A stretch of 64,000 bases of DNA from Candidatus Phycocordibacter aenigmaticus (GCA_045401115.1 CP174359.1:122288-186287), one strand, 5' to 3'; positions 18,386 through 27,580 are shown, counted from the stretch's first letter. Numbers and translations are program-made. The notes: generated by a model not told the origin, from the sequence alone.

Positions 18386-18865
18386 CTATTCCTCCTCTTC
18401 TATCTGCACCTTTTCAAACTCCAGTGCACCACCGCGATTGAGATAAATAAGCACTAATCGCTCTCGGGTGAGTTCTGTAATCGCAAAGTACAGCGGACCT
18501 GAATCATCCTGCATTTCAAGATATACCATTCCAGCTTCTGTTGGATACGGAAATTCCTCAGGTGCATTTTCTGCAGTAAAAATTACCCAAGGACCGTTTG
18601 CTTGTTCTTCCCCTTCATAGCTATCCATATAACCACCGTTCTCATACATAGTTCGGACAAAATTAGGGTCTTCAGTTGACTGCCACACTCCGGCAAGCGA
18701 ACCAATAGAAAGTGGTGAGTCCATCGCTGTCTCATCATTTTCAGACGTTGTTTGTTGTACTTGTTGGTTTTCCTCATCAGAAACCTCTGATGGATTGTTT
18801 GCAAACAAATAGAAACCACCGGCAACAACAATAATTGCGATGATTGGAATAAGTATATTTTTCAT
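18386..18865 (-). CDS. Membrane-anchored secreted protein of unknown function
   Basis: N-terminal TM, acidic linker, GVWQSTED...LIYLNRG. Confidence 0.8.
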   Translation of the reverse strand: MKNILIPIIAIIVVAGGFYLFANNPSEVSDEENQQVQQTTSENDETAMDSPLSIGSLAGVWQSTEDPNFVRTMYENGGYMDSYEGEEQANGPWVIFTAENAPEEFPYPTEAGMVYLEMQDDSGPLYFAITELTRERLVLIYLNRGGALEFEKVQIEEEE

Positions 18866-18929
18866 AAAAATAATATTAATGTATATAAAACCAGTGTACC
18901 ACTATAGGAGAAAGGCGGGATGAGGGGTG

Positions 18930-19430
18930 TATAAAACGAAAGATCCATGTCTCGGAGGGAATGTTACTGCTCAGTTTTGTGTCCTCTGTAGGATCGTCCC
19001 GGAATAGCGGACTTTTTACTGCACCCTGCGGGCACAGAAAAAGCTCTCGCTTTCCTGGATTTACCCACACCTATTTTAAAAATTATTGTAGGAAATCTCA
19101 GTTGGTTTAAAATCATGGTCACCCGTCACTAAGTATAATTGTTCGCCTGCGGCTCCAATTCTACAAAACAAAGTTTTGTTTCTTGTAGGAAATCTCACTG
19201 CTCTGCCTCCTGTTAGGATCGTCCCGGAATAGCGGACTTTTGTAGGCACGCTTCGCGCACCTAAAAAGCTCTCGCTTTCCTGGACGCGGCCTCGAATGTT
19301 TTGCTCCGTGAATTCTCCGCAAAACATATACTCCGGCCGTTCGATTCCTAACGCAAACCAAGAAATTGGTCTGCTCAAAGGCACCTTTAAAGAAAAAATC
19401 GCCAACTGCTTGGCGATTTGTATCTTTGGG
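18930..19430 (-). repeat. Array of structured elements downstream of tRNA-Arg(TCT) with repeated copies of its 3' end
   Basis: An ~80-nt unit is duplicated at 18981-19059 and 19204-19284. TGTAGGAAATCTCA occurs at 19087 and 19184, an inverted T-arm copy at 19339-19350 and a family B fragment at 19117-19162. Confidence 0.8.
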
Positions 19431-19502
19431 TGCCTCCTGTAGGAATCGAACCCACATCGAGTGGATAGAAGCCACTTGTTTTATCCATTAAACTAAGGAG
19501 GC
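19431..19502 (-). tRNA. tRNA-Arg(TCT)
   Basis: GCCTCCTTAGTTTAATGGATAAAAC AGTGG-CTTCTAT-CCACT ... GGTTCGATTCCTACAGGAGGCA. Confidence 0.95.
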
Positions 19503-19533
19503 TTTTATAGACTACCCCTTCCACGACAAAGGT

Positions 19534-19839
19534 TCAAGACGGGTCATTCATCTCAGGGCGTTGCACATTACCCGCTTCGTAGTTAGTCTCTCTTCGCTCA
19601 TACGTCTCTAACACTTCTTGCAGCTCAGTGCGCGGCATACGCGGCGTTGGTGCAGCGTCTCCTGAAAGCACATCATTCACTCCGTCTGCTTTAAAAGTAA
19701 AAAAGAAATTTACTGCAATAAGCGAAACGATAAGCACCAACACGACAACAATTCCAAGCAAACCATACCAATCACGAATCGGCGAAGGGGTGCCAAACTC
19801 AAGAATTGTGTTCCATATATTAATTATTTTTTTCATCAT
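19534..19839 (-). CDS. Single-TM protein at the end of the pil operon (possible PilP-position component)
   Basis: PIRDW followed by a TM helix, co-oriented after pilM/N/O. Confidence 0.65.
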   Translation of the reverse strand: MMKKIINIWNTILEFGTPSPIRDWYGLLGIVVVLVLIVSLIAVNFFFTFKADGVNDVLSGDAAPTPRMPRTELQEVLETYERRETNYEAGNVQRPEMNDPS

Positions 19840-19841
19840 AT

Positions 19842-20360
19842 CTATTCAAGCGGTTTTGCTTTAATAAAACGTGCAGTGAACGAACCAAACCACGCGCGCG
19901 CACCCGCATCTTCTAAAATACTTTGGTCAATACGCGTCGCTTGTGGTAATTTCTCTAATACTGCAATAAAGCCAATAATATTTTCGAAACGTCCTTCGAG
20001 CGAAAATGCAACATCAACACGTTCGTGATGTTTCCAGTCAGCTGACGCAATTAATACTTCAGAAATATTAATAGCCACTCCTTCTTCTACAGCCAGCCGT
20101 TCTAATGTTTCAATCACTGACACAACGTCATTTTCACCAATAACAAAATTATCGAGCCGGCTTCGTTCTTCTGTAACGTCATCTAAAAAAGTGCGGATTG
20201 AAGTTGCAGTTGCGTCCTGCCGCATTAACATTTGTGCATCTTCGGTCGCTACTTGTATCTGCTCTATCGAGCGAGAAACTCCACTATACAAAAAACCATA
20301 CCCTACAAAAAATATAACGGTCACAATACTCACAACAATAAGTGGGATAATATTTTTCAT
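19842..20360 (-). CDS. Type IV pilus assembly PilO-like protein
   Basis: TM, coiled coil, LEGRFENIIGFIAVLEKLP. Confidence 0.75.
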   Translation of the reverse strand: MKNIIPLIVVSIVTVIFFVGYGFLYSGVSRSIEQIQVATEDAQMLMRQDATATSIRTFLDDVTEERSRLDNFVIGENDVVSVIETLERLAVEEGVAINISEVLIASADWKHHERVDVAFSLEGRFENIIGFIAVLEKLPQATRIDQSILEDAGARAWFGSFTARFIKAKPLE

Positions 20361-20362
20361 AA

Positions 20363-20899
20363 TTACTTTTTATATCTCATTTCTAGTGAAAACTCGGTGT
20401 TACTTTCACTGACTAACTGTGACACCGGTAGTGTCACACCACTTAAACGAGGACTTTCTCGTAAAGACTCTACAAACACCAAAAGATTTTGGCGCGTATT
20501 TGCGCTCCCTTTTAAAGCAACGGTCACTTCATCATTCTTATGAACCAAAGAAATATATGAAACAGCGATACCGCCGGTAATACGTTCATTAAACACATCG
20601 AAAAAATCTGCCATGACAGTGTCTGTGTGGTAGCTATTTAAAATAGTCACCCGTTCTTTTAATTCAGACAGTAGTGTCGTGGCATTTGTTCCTTCTTGTA
20701 AACCAACTGTCCCTTTAAGGGCATCACGATACCGTTCCACCGAAAGCGCTGTGTTCTGTGCAGAAAAAAAACTTGGCACTAACAGCACATTGCCAATAAA
20801 AAGCGCGACACTCATACCAGATAAAAGCAATATTCCGAAACGGATATAATACTGACGCATGAGTCGTTTCTTGTTTTTTTGCGGCAATAAATTAATCAT
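20363..20899 (-). CDS. Type IV pilus assembly PilN-like protein
   Basis: MINLLP N-terminal PilM-binding motif, TM, LKGSANTR. Confidence 0.85.
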   Translation of the reverse strand: MINLLPQKNKKRLMRQYYIRFGILLLSGMSVALFIGNVLLVPSFFSAQNTALSVERYRDALKGTVGLQEGTNATTLLSELKERVTILNSYHTDTVMADFFDVFNERITGGIAVSYISLVHKNDEVTVALKGSANTRQNLLVFVESLRESPRLSGVTLPVSQLVSESNTEFSLEMRYKK

Positions 20900-21987
20900 A
20901 GAAAATTCTTGTTATTACACGAACGCAGCGCAAGTCCTACGGTTGCCGCGTACTCTAAAGAAGTAGTATGAGGTAGTGCTGGAACATAACGGTCAAAAGA
21001 AAAAGCATTCGTCCATACATTACCAACCCGTACCGGCACATTAAGGCTCCGAGAAAGATATTCAGGCAGTCCTTTTAAATTAGCATTACCACCGACAAGA
21101 ATAATACTTTCCACTGGATGTGAAGTGAACTCTTTTTCATATGAAGAATCCCAATATGTCACATGTCGTTCCACTTCATCTTTAAATACGGAAATGGTAG
21201 CCATTAACGTTTCATACAGTTCTCGATTTTCCCCGCCTTCTAAAAAACCACGTGTATTTTTTATTTTTTCAGCTTCGTCCGCGTCAACATTAAAATGCTT
21301 CATAACCGCAGTGGTTAATGTTTCACCCCCTACATCAACGGTTACTGTAAAACCAACAACACCGTGTTCAAATATTGCAATACGTGTTGTCTTTTTTCCA
21401 AAATCAACCACCATCGTGGTGTGCTTCTTATCTTCTGGAGACAGCACCGCGCGTCCCAATGCTTGTGACTCCACTTCAAGTGAACGCAATGTGATCCCGG
21501 CATCATTAAAAACTTGCTGATACAACTCAATAACGCGTTTTGCATATGCCGTTACACTCACATGGGTCCCCTCTCCGTCACGTTGCACAACTTCAAAATC
21601 AAACACTACATCGTTCGGCGGAATCGGCACATGTGACTCGAGAGAAAATTCAACCGCTGCGCGCAAATTACGTTCACTACTTGGTACCCACGTTTGATAT
21701 AAATATGCTTTTCGTTCAGAAAGTGATGCGTGCGCAAAACGAATTCTTTCTCGTAGACGTAATGAACGGAGTAACTCAACCATTTTATCTGGTTGCTCAA
21801 TATCACCGTCAACAACCACTCCTTCGGCAAGCGGTGTCTCGCGATACGACTGAAGTACGCACCCTGCTCTCTGTTGTGCCAACACCATTGACTTAACTGA
21901 GTGTGAACCAATATCAATCCCCGCACCACTCATTGCAAGGTATTGTGGCGGTGGAAACATTCTTGCGGTACGCGAAAAGAATTGCAT
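20896..21987 (-). CDS. pilM: Type IV pilus assembly protein PilM
   Basis: Actin-like motifs GIDIGSHSVK, VVDFG, LVGGNANLKGL, VGLALR. Confidence 0.92.
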   Translation of the reverse strand: MQFFSRTARMFPPPQYLAMSGAGIDIGSHSVKSMVLAQQRAGCVLQSYRETPLAEGVVVDGDIEQPDKMVELLRSLRLRERIRFAHASLSERKAYLYQTWVPSSERNLRAAVEFSLESHVPIPPNDVVFDFEVVQRDGEGTHVSVTAYAKRVIELYQQVFNDAGITLRSLEVESQALGRAVLSPEDKKHTTMVVDFGKKTTRIAIFEHGVVGFTVTVDVGGETLTTAVMKHFNVDADEAEKIKNTRGFLEGGENRELYETLMATISVFKDEVERHVTYWDSSYEKEFTSHPVESIILVGGNANLKGLPEYLSRSLNVPVRVGNVWTNAFSFDRYVPALPHTTSLEYAATVGLALRSCNNKNFL

Positions 21988-22051
21988 GTATACGTATTAT
22001 ACAGTTCTCTGTGCATTCACTACATACTTTGAATACACACTCCGTATTTTC

Positions 22052-22702
22052 TTACATGCGCAATAAAAGAAATACATTAAACGCGGCTAAAGCAATAACG
22101 CCGCTCATCAACGCAGTAACAATAGTCGTACGTGTAGCAATGCGTCCAAGACGTGGCAACACTGCAATACCAAACATATGTGTAATAGTCGCCACAATAC
22201 CGTAGCGAAGTGTGCGTCCAATAATAGAAGCGAGTATAAAAACAAAGAAATCAACGCGTAATATACCTGCCGCTAAAATAACAGGAGTATACGGTATTGG
22301 TGAAAACGCACCGACAAAAACTCCAACAAATGCATACCCTGCCAAAGCGATTTGGGCATGCGCGAGCGCTTCGCTCCACCCCAGCATCGCAATGAGCGGC
22401 GCAAACACTGTGTCGTACATCGCTATAATTGCTACATACAATGCCGCCGCACCAATGACACTAGTCGTAACTGCAACGAACACTAAGTAAGGGACCCGGC
22501 GTGGGTTAGCTAACACTAACAGTGCCAAGAAAATATCAGTGGGTACCGGCAAAATAACCGATTCAAAAAAAGAATACACACCGAGCCACCATACAGCGAC
22601 TTTTTTCTGTGCCAAACGACGGAACCACTCCCATGAATCACGCACATACAGCGTAATATCAATATCTGTTTTTTTGTTACCTGGATCGGTGTGCTGCATC
22701 AT
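22052..22702 (-). CDS. YqaA/DedA (VTT) family membrane protein
   Basis: SFFESVILPVPTD, SPIPY, GRTLRY. Confidence 0.88.
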   Translation of the reverse strand: MMQHTDPGNKKTDIDITLYVRDSWEWFRRLAQKKVAVWWLGVYSFFESVILPVPTDIFLALLVLANPRRVPYLVFVAVTTSVIGAAALYVAIIAMYDTVFAPLIAMLGWSEALAHAQIALAGYAFVGVFVGAFSPIPYTPVILAAGILRVDFFVFILASIIGRTLRYGIVATITHMFGIAVLPRLGRIATRTTIVTALMSGVIALAAFNVFLLLRM

Positions 22703-23028
22703 TAATGAATTATACTTCCCGGCGGCACTGTTTGTGACACAGTAGGAATAGTCAACGATTCTCCTTCTCCGGTTACCAAAAGCATGCCTTGTGAGGTCAA
22801 CCCACGCAACACACGTGGCGCTAAGTTAGTTACAAACATAAACTGCCGCTCTACCAACTCTTTTGGATCGCAGTACTCAGCAATACCTGAAAGGATTTGA
22901 CGTGGTGTCTCTTCGCCAAGATCAACTTCGAGTCGTAGTAATTTATCGGCACTCGGCACGCGTTCAGCAACCAACACGGTTCCTACACGCAGCTCAACTT
23001 TTGCAAAATCATCAATTGAAATATTCAT
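22702..23028 (-). CDS. Stand-alone MetRS C-terminal-like tRNA-binding domain (Trbp111 type)
   Basis: ISIDDFAKVELRVG, ADKLL, RQILSGI, NLAPR..RGLTSQGMLL. Confidence 0.9.
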   Translation of the reverse strand: MNISIDDFAKVELRVGTVLVAERVPSADKLLRLEVDLGEETPRQILSGIAEYCDPKELVERQFMFVTNLAPRVLRGLTSQGMLLVTGEGESLTIPTVSQTVPPGSIIH

Positions 23029-23426
23029 ATATCACTCCTATTTAAGTAACTGTTAAGTATTATGGCGGCGGCATGCGCATCAACAACACCATCCCCTTTC
23101 CCTCGCACCCCTTCACTTGCTAAACGACGCGCCTCATGAGAAGTATAAAACTCCGGTTCAAAAAACACCGGGATAGCTGCTTTTTTTTGCAATGACGCAG
23201 CAAAAGCACGGATAGCATCCATCAATTCATTTTCCTCTCCGGTAAGTTTTTTTGACTCACCAATAACTACCCCTTCTACCTCCTCAGCTTCAATCAACGC
23301 AAGCACCTCATCAACAAGAGATGACGTATTGGACAACACAGTTTTAGGAAACGCCATCGTCCCGCGCGCATCGGAAACTGCTACGCCGACACGCTTCGTT
23401 CCATAATCTATACCAAGAAGTTTCAT
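23025..23426 (-). CDS. ruvX: YqgF/RuvX family nuclease
   Basis: LLGIDYGTKRVGVAVSD, E.YTS.EA, DAHAAAIILNSYL. Confidence 0.93.
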   Translation of the reverse strand: MKLLGIDYGTKRVGVAVSDARGTMAFPKTVLSNTSSLVDEVLALIEAEEVEGVVIGESKKLTGEENELMDAIRAFAASLQKKAAIPVFFEPEFYTSHEARRLASEGVRGKGDGVVDAHAAAIILNSYLNRSDI

Positions 23427-23564
23427 TCCTTTGGGTGTCTGTATGTCGTGCTCAAACATAATTAAGATGCTTTCGTTCTTCAGTATACCGCAGGCAGAGT
23501 TACGGTATAAAAACTACCATTGGCTTTTCCTTAGGGGCGCTCTGTGGTAATCTCGTGGTACCCC

Positions 23565-23635
23565 GCTCCCGTAAGCAGAGCTTGCGTGAGCGTGTGGTAA
23601 GGCACTATGCTCCCGTAAGAAAATCTTTCGGGAGC
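23565..23635 (+). repeat. Two 27-nt hairpins mimicking the tRNA-Arg(GCG) acceptor stem
   Basis: GCTCCCG-TAAGCAGAGCTTG-CGTGAGC (23565-23591) and GCTCCCG-TAAGAAAATCTTT-CGGGAGC (23609-23635). Confidence 0.75.
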
Positions 23636-23685
23636 TGCACTCGAAGGTCATGTGAGAGCACGCTCTCCCGCGACCCTTCTCGTTT

Positions 23686-23757
23686 GCTCCCGTAGTTTAA
23701 TGGATAAAATATCGGTTTGCGGTACCGACGCTCCAGGTTCGACTCCTGGCGGGAGCA
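23686..23757 (+). tRNA. tRNA-Arg(GCG)
   Basis: GCTCCCGTAGTTTAATGGATAAAAT TCGGT-TTGCGGT-ACCGA ... GGTTCGACTCCTGGCGGGAGCA. Confidence 0.94.
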
Positions 23758-23803
23758 CAAAGACAAAAATCACCAACTGCTTGGTGATTTTTCGCTTTGT
23801 GCT

Positions 23804-24076
23804 AGGCGGAGGCATGTTTCATTTTTGTTGTAATTCGTGACAAAAATAAAAAGCCTTGAGTGTATTCGCTTCGCTCTCACGGGTAAAAGCTACCTGCTGT
23901 CGCTTTTACCGGGTCGAGCGCACTTAGTATTTTTAGAACGTAGTGAATAAAAATAGTTAGTGACGGGTGACCACAAAATTAAAACTGCCTGAAGAGGTGG
24001 TTTTTTAATAGTGATCCCGTCAGGAGTCGAACGGGAAAGGGATCGGGAAAACACGTTGTTTCCCCGTGGAGGAAGT
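23804..24076 (+). repeat. tRNA-associated elements: family B (23804-23972) followed by family A (24011-24076)
   Basis: The family B sequence is shared with 18198 onward and 31899-32009. Positions 24011-24032 are a 20/22 inverted copy of the tRNA-Arg(GCG) 3' end, followed by the core also seen at tRNA-His. Confidence 0.85.
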
Positions 24077-24101
24077 GGTGACGATTGAGTAAATCAAAGA
24101 A

Positions 24102-24878
24102 TCAAGCTGTCTTTGCTGTACTCATTAAGTCACTAAGTCTTATTTCCTTTTGTTTCAAACGACCGTCTTGATGAAAACCAGTAATTGCATTTATGGTTTC
24201 ATTTTGATCAATCTGTTCAAGATATTCTTTTGCGTACAAATTAAGTGCTGTAAGAAGTCCGTCGCCCATATCATGAGAAGTAACTTCTACAACAATCTTA
24301 TTCTGGCCATTTATTCTCTCTTGTTGGAAATATTTAACTGTTCGTAGTGAATCAAGTCTTTCAAAAAACAAATGTATGGTTCCATTTCTTGTTGTTAACA
24401 AAGGGGTTTCATTATGATGACACAAATTGCGTATATCCATTTCGATTTTAAACCAATCCTCATTTTCAATATATCTAGTACATAAAGTGCCAGTAATCCT
24501 ATCATCAATTACTTTGAGCAAATCGTAAATACTATGAACAGTATTTAAGTACGCCTCCATAGAGGCCATCCATCTATGCTCAAAACGATAAGGGTTTATA
24601 TTACGTCTCATGTTCTGATTAAGTACTTTCCTTTCTAGTTTCTGCATCTCACCAACCTGGTATCTCATTTGTTCGACTCTTTTATTTAAGTCTTGCATGA
24701 TGTATTTCATATCTTCGTTACCACCACGACGACGGTTAGTAACTAAATTTTGACCAAAATAATAAAAGAGGTCTAGAAATGTAAACTGGTCTTTTTTTAT
24801 AAAACTATAAATACTAATATCAGGAACTAAAACAACTAGTCTTTGCCCATCTGTGGTTGTTCCAATTATTTTTTTCAT
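24102..24878 (-). CDS. Hypothetical protein with RxxxxH (RNLCHH) motif, possible HEPN-like RNase
   Basis: 258-aa AT-rich ORF with EAYLNTVHSIYD...DIRNLCHH. Confidence 0.6.
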   Translation of the reverse strand: MKKIIGTTTDGQRLVVLVPDISIYSFIKKDQFTFLDLFYYFGQNLVTNRRRGGNEDMKYIMQDLNKRVEQMRYQVGEMQKLERKVLNQNMRRNINPYRFEHRWMASMEAYLNTVHSIYDLLKVIDDRITGTLCTRYIENEDWFKIEMDIRNLCHHNETPLLTTRNGTIHLFFERLDSLRTVKYFQQERINGQNKIVVEVTSHDMGDGLLTALNLYAKEYLEQIDQNETINAITGFHQDGRLKQKEIRLSDLMSTAKTA

Positions 24879-24962
24879 ATCTATATTCTATAATAAATAA
24901 CCTCAGCAACAGCCCGACATGGGGGGGGTAGGAATCCCGCTTCCCGAGGCTGGCGCCTAATT

Positions 24963-25538
24963 TTAAAAACAGACCAGAGAGCCAAGTAGTGAAAATGTAC
25001 CTAAAATCATCAAGATATAAACTATCTGAGAATAAATTTGAGGTGCTTTTCGGTCACTGTCATTTTTAAAAAGATTGATGGACTTTTTATCAGTTTCATT
25101 AAGGTTAATAAAATCCTGTTTACTAATTTTTTTAGTCTCAAGCCAATTATTATATAGAATTAAAAACTTCTCATTTCTTGTGTTGTAAAAGTCGGAATAT
25201 TTTTTACGCTCTGCCTCAATATCATTAAATTCAGCTTGGTATTTCTGTTGCACCCACCACAACCCATAGAATAGCCCTCCGAGAAGCAAGACTTCCCCCG
25301 CCATGAATAAAGACATAGTTTTTACAAAGTCTAAGGCTGTAAAACCAAAACCCGCAATTAAACCAATTACCCCAATCACGGTTGTGGCAAATCCTATTGA
25401 TTTGAAATAGACATCTAACTGCTTCGTGCCTAAATCGCCAAATATTTCACTTTGTAATCGAAAATTACTTGAACCAAACGATTCATAAAATTCTTTAAAT
25501 TCTTCATCATTTAGACTAATTTTATCTTCTGTGTTCAT
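24963..25538 (-). CDS. Hypothetical 3-TM membrane protein (AT-rich islet)
   Basis: 191-aa ORF with two N-proximal TMs, a coiled region and a C-terminal TM. Confidence 0.75.
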   Translation of the reverse strand: MNTEDKISLNDEEFKEFYESFGSSNFRLQSEIFGDLGTKQLDVYFKSIGFATTVIGVIGLIAGFGFTALDFVKTMSLFMAGEVLLLGGLFYGLWWVQQKYQAEFNDIEAERKKYSDFYNTRNEKFLILYNNWLETKKISKQDFINLNETDKKSINLFKNDSDRKAPQIYSQIVYILMILGTFSLLGSLVCF

Positions 25539-25604
25539 AATCTAATTCTACCGCAACACAAGAAAATATCTGCCAACAAGCTCCCTCGAGCCAACTCTAT
25601 GTGA

Positions 25605-25748
25605 CGGAGGGAGTGGGATTCACTGCACCGCTACATTTTCTAATCGCTTCACTCAAGAAAATCTACGCTCCCAGCACCTTGCTTCTCATCCCACTGCTCC
25701 TTATATAAAACAAAAGAACTGGCGCGAAGCCAGTTCTTTTGTTTAATG
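25605..25748 (-). repeat. tRNA-Ser-associated element ending in a 17-bp copy of the tRNA 3' end
   Basis: CGGAGGGAGTGGGATTC at 25605-25621 equals 25749-25765. There is a degenerate inverted copy at 25683-25700 and a hairpin at about 25707-25746. Confidence 0.8.
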
Positions 25749-25835
25749 CGGAGGGAGTGGGATTCGAACCCACGGACCCCGTTAAGGGTCTCTGGTTTTC
25801 AAGACCAGCGCCTTCGACCACTCAGCCATCCCTCC
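25749..25835 (-). tRNA. tRNA-Ser(TGA)
   Basis: GGAGGGATGGCTGAGTGGTCGAAGGCG CTGGT-CTTGAAA-ACCAG, long variable arm, GGTTCGAATCCCACTCCCTCCG. Confidence 0.96.
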
Positions 25836-25846
25836 TTTCGTAAACC

Positions 25847-26071
25847 TTATTCAGGTTTGGTCTCTTCTGTGCCAACATCCTCTTTAAGAGCAGGTCGGCC
25901 TACTGCAAAGATATAGATTATTTCAAGAATTGCAACCGTGTTTAAAACTAGAATGGCAACGAACCACCATTTGTGACGATTCCGCGCCGCAACCCATAAC
26001 GCATATCCTTTCCATGGCAATGTCCATAGCGCAATAAAAAGAAGGGTCCACATTGTTTCAGTTCCAAACAT
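25847..26071 (-). CDS. DUF5652-like small membrane protein
   Basis: WTLPWKGYALWVAARN..KWWF....NTVAILEIIYIF. Confidence 0.85.
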   Translation of the reverse strand: MFGTETMWTLLFIALWTLPWKGYALWVAARNRHKWWFVAILVLNTVAILEIIYIFAVGRPALKEDVGTEETKPE

Positions 26072-26127
26072 GTGGGGCTGATTATAGCACCAAGCACCAA
26101 AGGGTACCAGAGAAATCACTCTCTATT

Positions 26128-26589
26128 TTACAAACCAATAGCGCGGGCAATATTGTCGGTAATAGTTTCAAGTGAATCAATCTCGTCAATACTTCTATTC
26201 TTTAGTTCAGTGCGTATTAGACGATAATCCACATCTTTCAGAGGAATAGATGTAGTTCCTAATAACGTATCGGTGGCAATCACTAAAGCAGGCACCGGCT
26301 CATCTTCTTCGTGAATAGCAAACGCGCGTATTTTATTCCATGGAATAATTTGAGCATCAATATGTACTCCCGCATCACTCAACGCATAGCTGTGCATCCT
26401 ATCCGGTCGTGTACCCGCAAGCATAATGGTAAAGCCGCCAAGTACGATCAGCACTCCTAAAAGAGTGTTACCTAAAATAATACTCGATAACGCAGCTCCC
26501 ACAGAAATAATACCGACTGTCCAGTACCAGTTAGAAGTCTTTGGTGCACATCCATCTTCCTTTGCTCGCCACGCTACGTTTTTTTCCAT
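26128..26589 (-). CDS. Conserved CPR-type 2-TM protein with PH-like C-terminus
   Basis: W.A.E....KTSNWYW, 2 TM, GVHID..IIPW. Confidence 0.75.
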   Translation of the reverse strand: MEKNVAWRAKEDGCAPKTSNWYWTVGIISVGAALSSIILGNTLLGVLIVLGGFTIMLAGTRPDRMHSYALSDAGVHIDAQIIPWNKIRAFAIHEEDEPVPALVIATDTLLGTTSIPLKDVDYRLIRTELKNRSIDEIDSLETITDNIARAIGL

Positions 26590-26626
26590 ACGTATATTGT
26601 AACGTGTGTTTTTCTCTTGCACCATT

Positions 26627-26654
26627 AAAAAACCCGACAGTCGTCGGGTTTTTT
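26627..26654 (-). terminator. Terminator after rpsT
   Basis: AAAAAACCCGAC-AGTC-GTCGGGTTTTTT. Confidence 0.8.
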
Positions 26655-26655
26655 A

Positions 26656-26919
26656 TTATGCTGCTGATTTTTTAAGTTGTGCTGAAAGGCGAGATTTTTT
26701 TCGAGAACCGGTGTTCTTTTTGATAATGCCGCGTTTTACTGCTTTATCGATTGCCTTCTGAGCGGTAGATAGTGCAGCATTTTGTGTCGCACGATCTTTG
26801 CCAAGAGCTGCTGTAGCCTCTTTTACCGCTGACGCCATAGCACGTCGTACGCGTAGATTAAAAACACGCTTCCGTTCCTGAGAGCGAATTGCTTTCTGTG
26901 CGCTTTTGATAGTAGCCAT
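26656..26919 (-). CDS. rpsT: 30S ribosomal protein S20
   Basis: IKSAQKAIR, IDKAVKRGIIKKNTGSRKKSRL. Confidence 0.96.
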   Translation of the reverse strand: MATIKSAQKAIRSQERKRVFNLRVRRAMASAVKEATAALGKDRATQNAALSTAQKAIDKAVKRGIIKKNTGSRKKSRLSAQLKKSAA

Positions 26920-27001
26920 ATGTAGAGACTAGACTAGCGCATTATTCCCCTATAATCAAGCATATATAGAGGGACTCATATGATGCTGATACAATGGGTC
27001 C

Positions 27002-27580
27002 ATGATTGGCTCACTCAACGGAACTATAAAGGGTATTATCCGCGACACCGTTATTGTAGAGGTGAACGGTATTGGCTACGGCGTATACTGCCCTACCTCG
27101 ACCCTCGCCCGCGTGAGCGACGGCGACCCACTCTCCCTGTGGACCTATCTTGCTGTACGTGAAAATGCCCAAGACCTCTTCGGTTTTGAGACCCGTGATG
27201 AACTCCAATGGTTTGAACTACTCCTCACTGTTTCAGGTATTGGTCCGCGTTCAGCACTTTCTATTTTAAACAGCGCTGATATCGCCACCCTTGAATCAGC
27301 AATTGCCCATAACGACCCGGGCGTGTTAGCGGGCGCATTTGGTGTAGGCAAAAAAACATCTGAAAAAATTGTACTCGAATTACGTGAAAAAGTTGAGATT
27401 AAAAATACCGATAGCGCAGGTAAAGAGGTCGGCGGTGACGGCGATGTATTCGAAGCGTTAGTTGCCCTGGGCTACTCAGCAAAAGAAGCACGTGACACCA
27501 CACGCGCGCTTCCTAAAAATATTGAAGGTACTGAGGCACGCTTGCGTGAAGCATTGCGTATTGCCTCGCGTGGTAAGTAA
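27002..27580 (+). CDS. ruvA: Holliday junction branch migration protein RuvA
   Basis: VNGIGY, VRENAQDLFGF, VSGIGPRSAL, GVGKKTSEKIVLEL, ALVALGY. Confidence 0.97.
   Translation: MIGSLNGTIKGIIRDTVIVEVNGIGYGVYCPTSTLARVSDGDPLSLWTYLAVRENAQDLFGFETRDELQWFELLLTVSGIGPRSALSILNSADIATLESAIAHNDPGVLAGAFGVGKKTSEKIVLELREKVEIKNTDSAGKEVGGDGDVFEALVALGYSAKEARDTTRALPKNIEGTEARLREALRIASRGK

Noticed and set aside
18876-19475. ORFs 18876-19070, 19076-19405 and 19161-19475 as genes
   Set aside because: They overlap tRNA-Arg and the repeat array, and their mutual similarity comes from the DNA repeat. They have no protein-like motifs.
24102-25538. Prophage or integrative element
   Set aside because: No integrase or phage genes are present. 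It is only a 1.5-kb islet.
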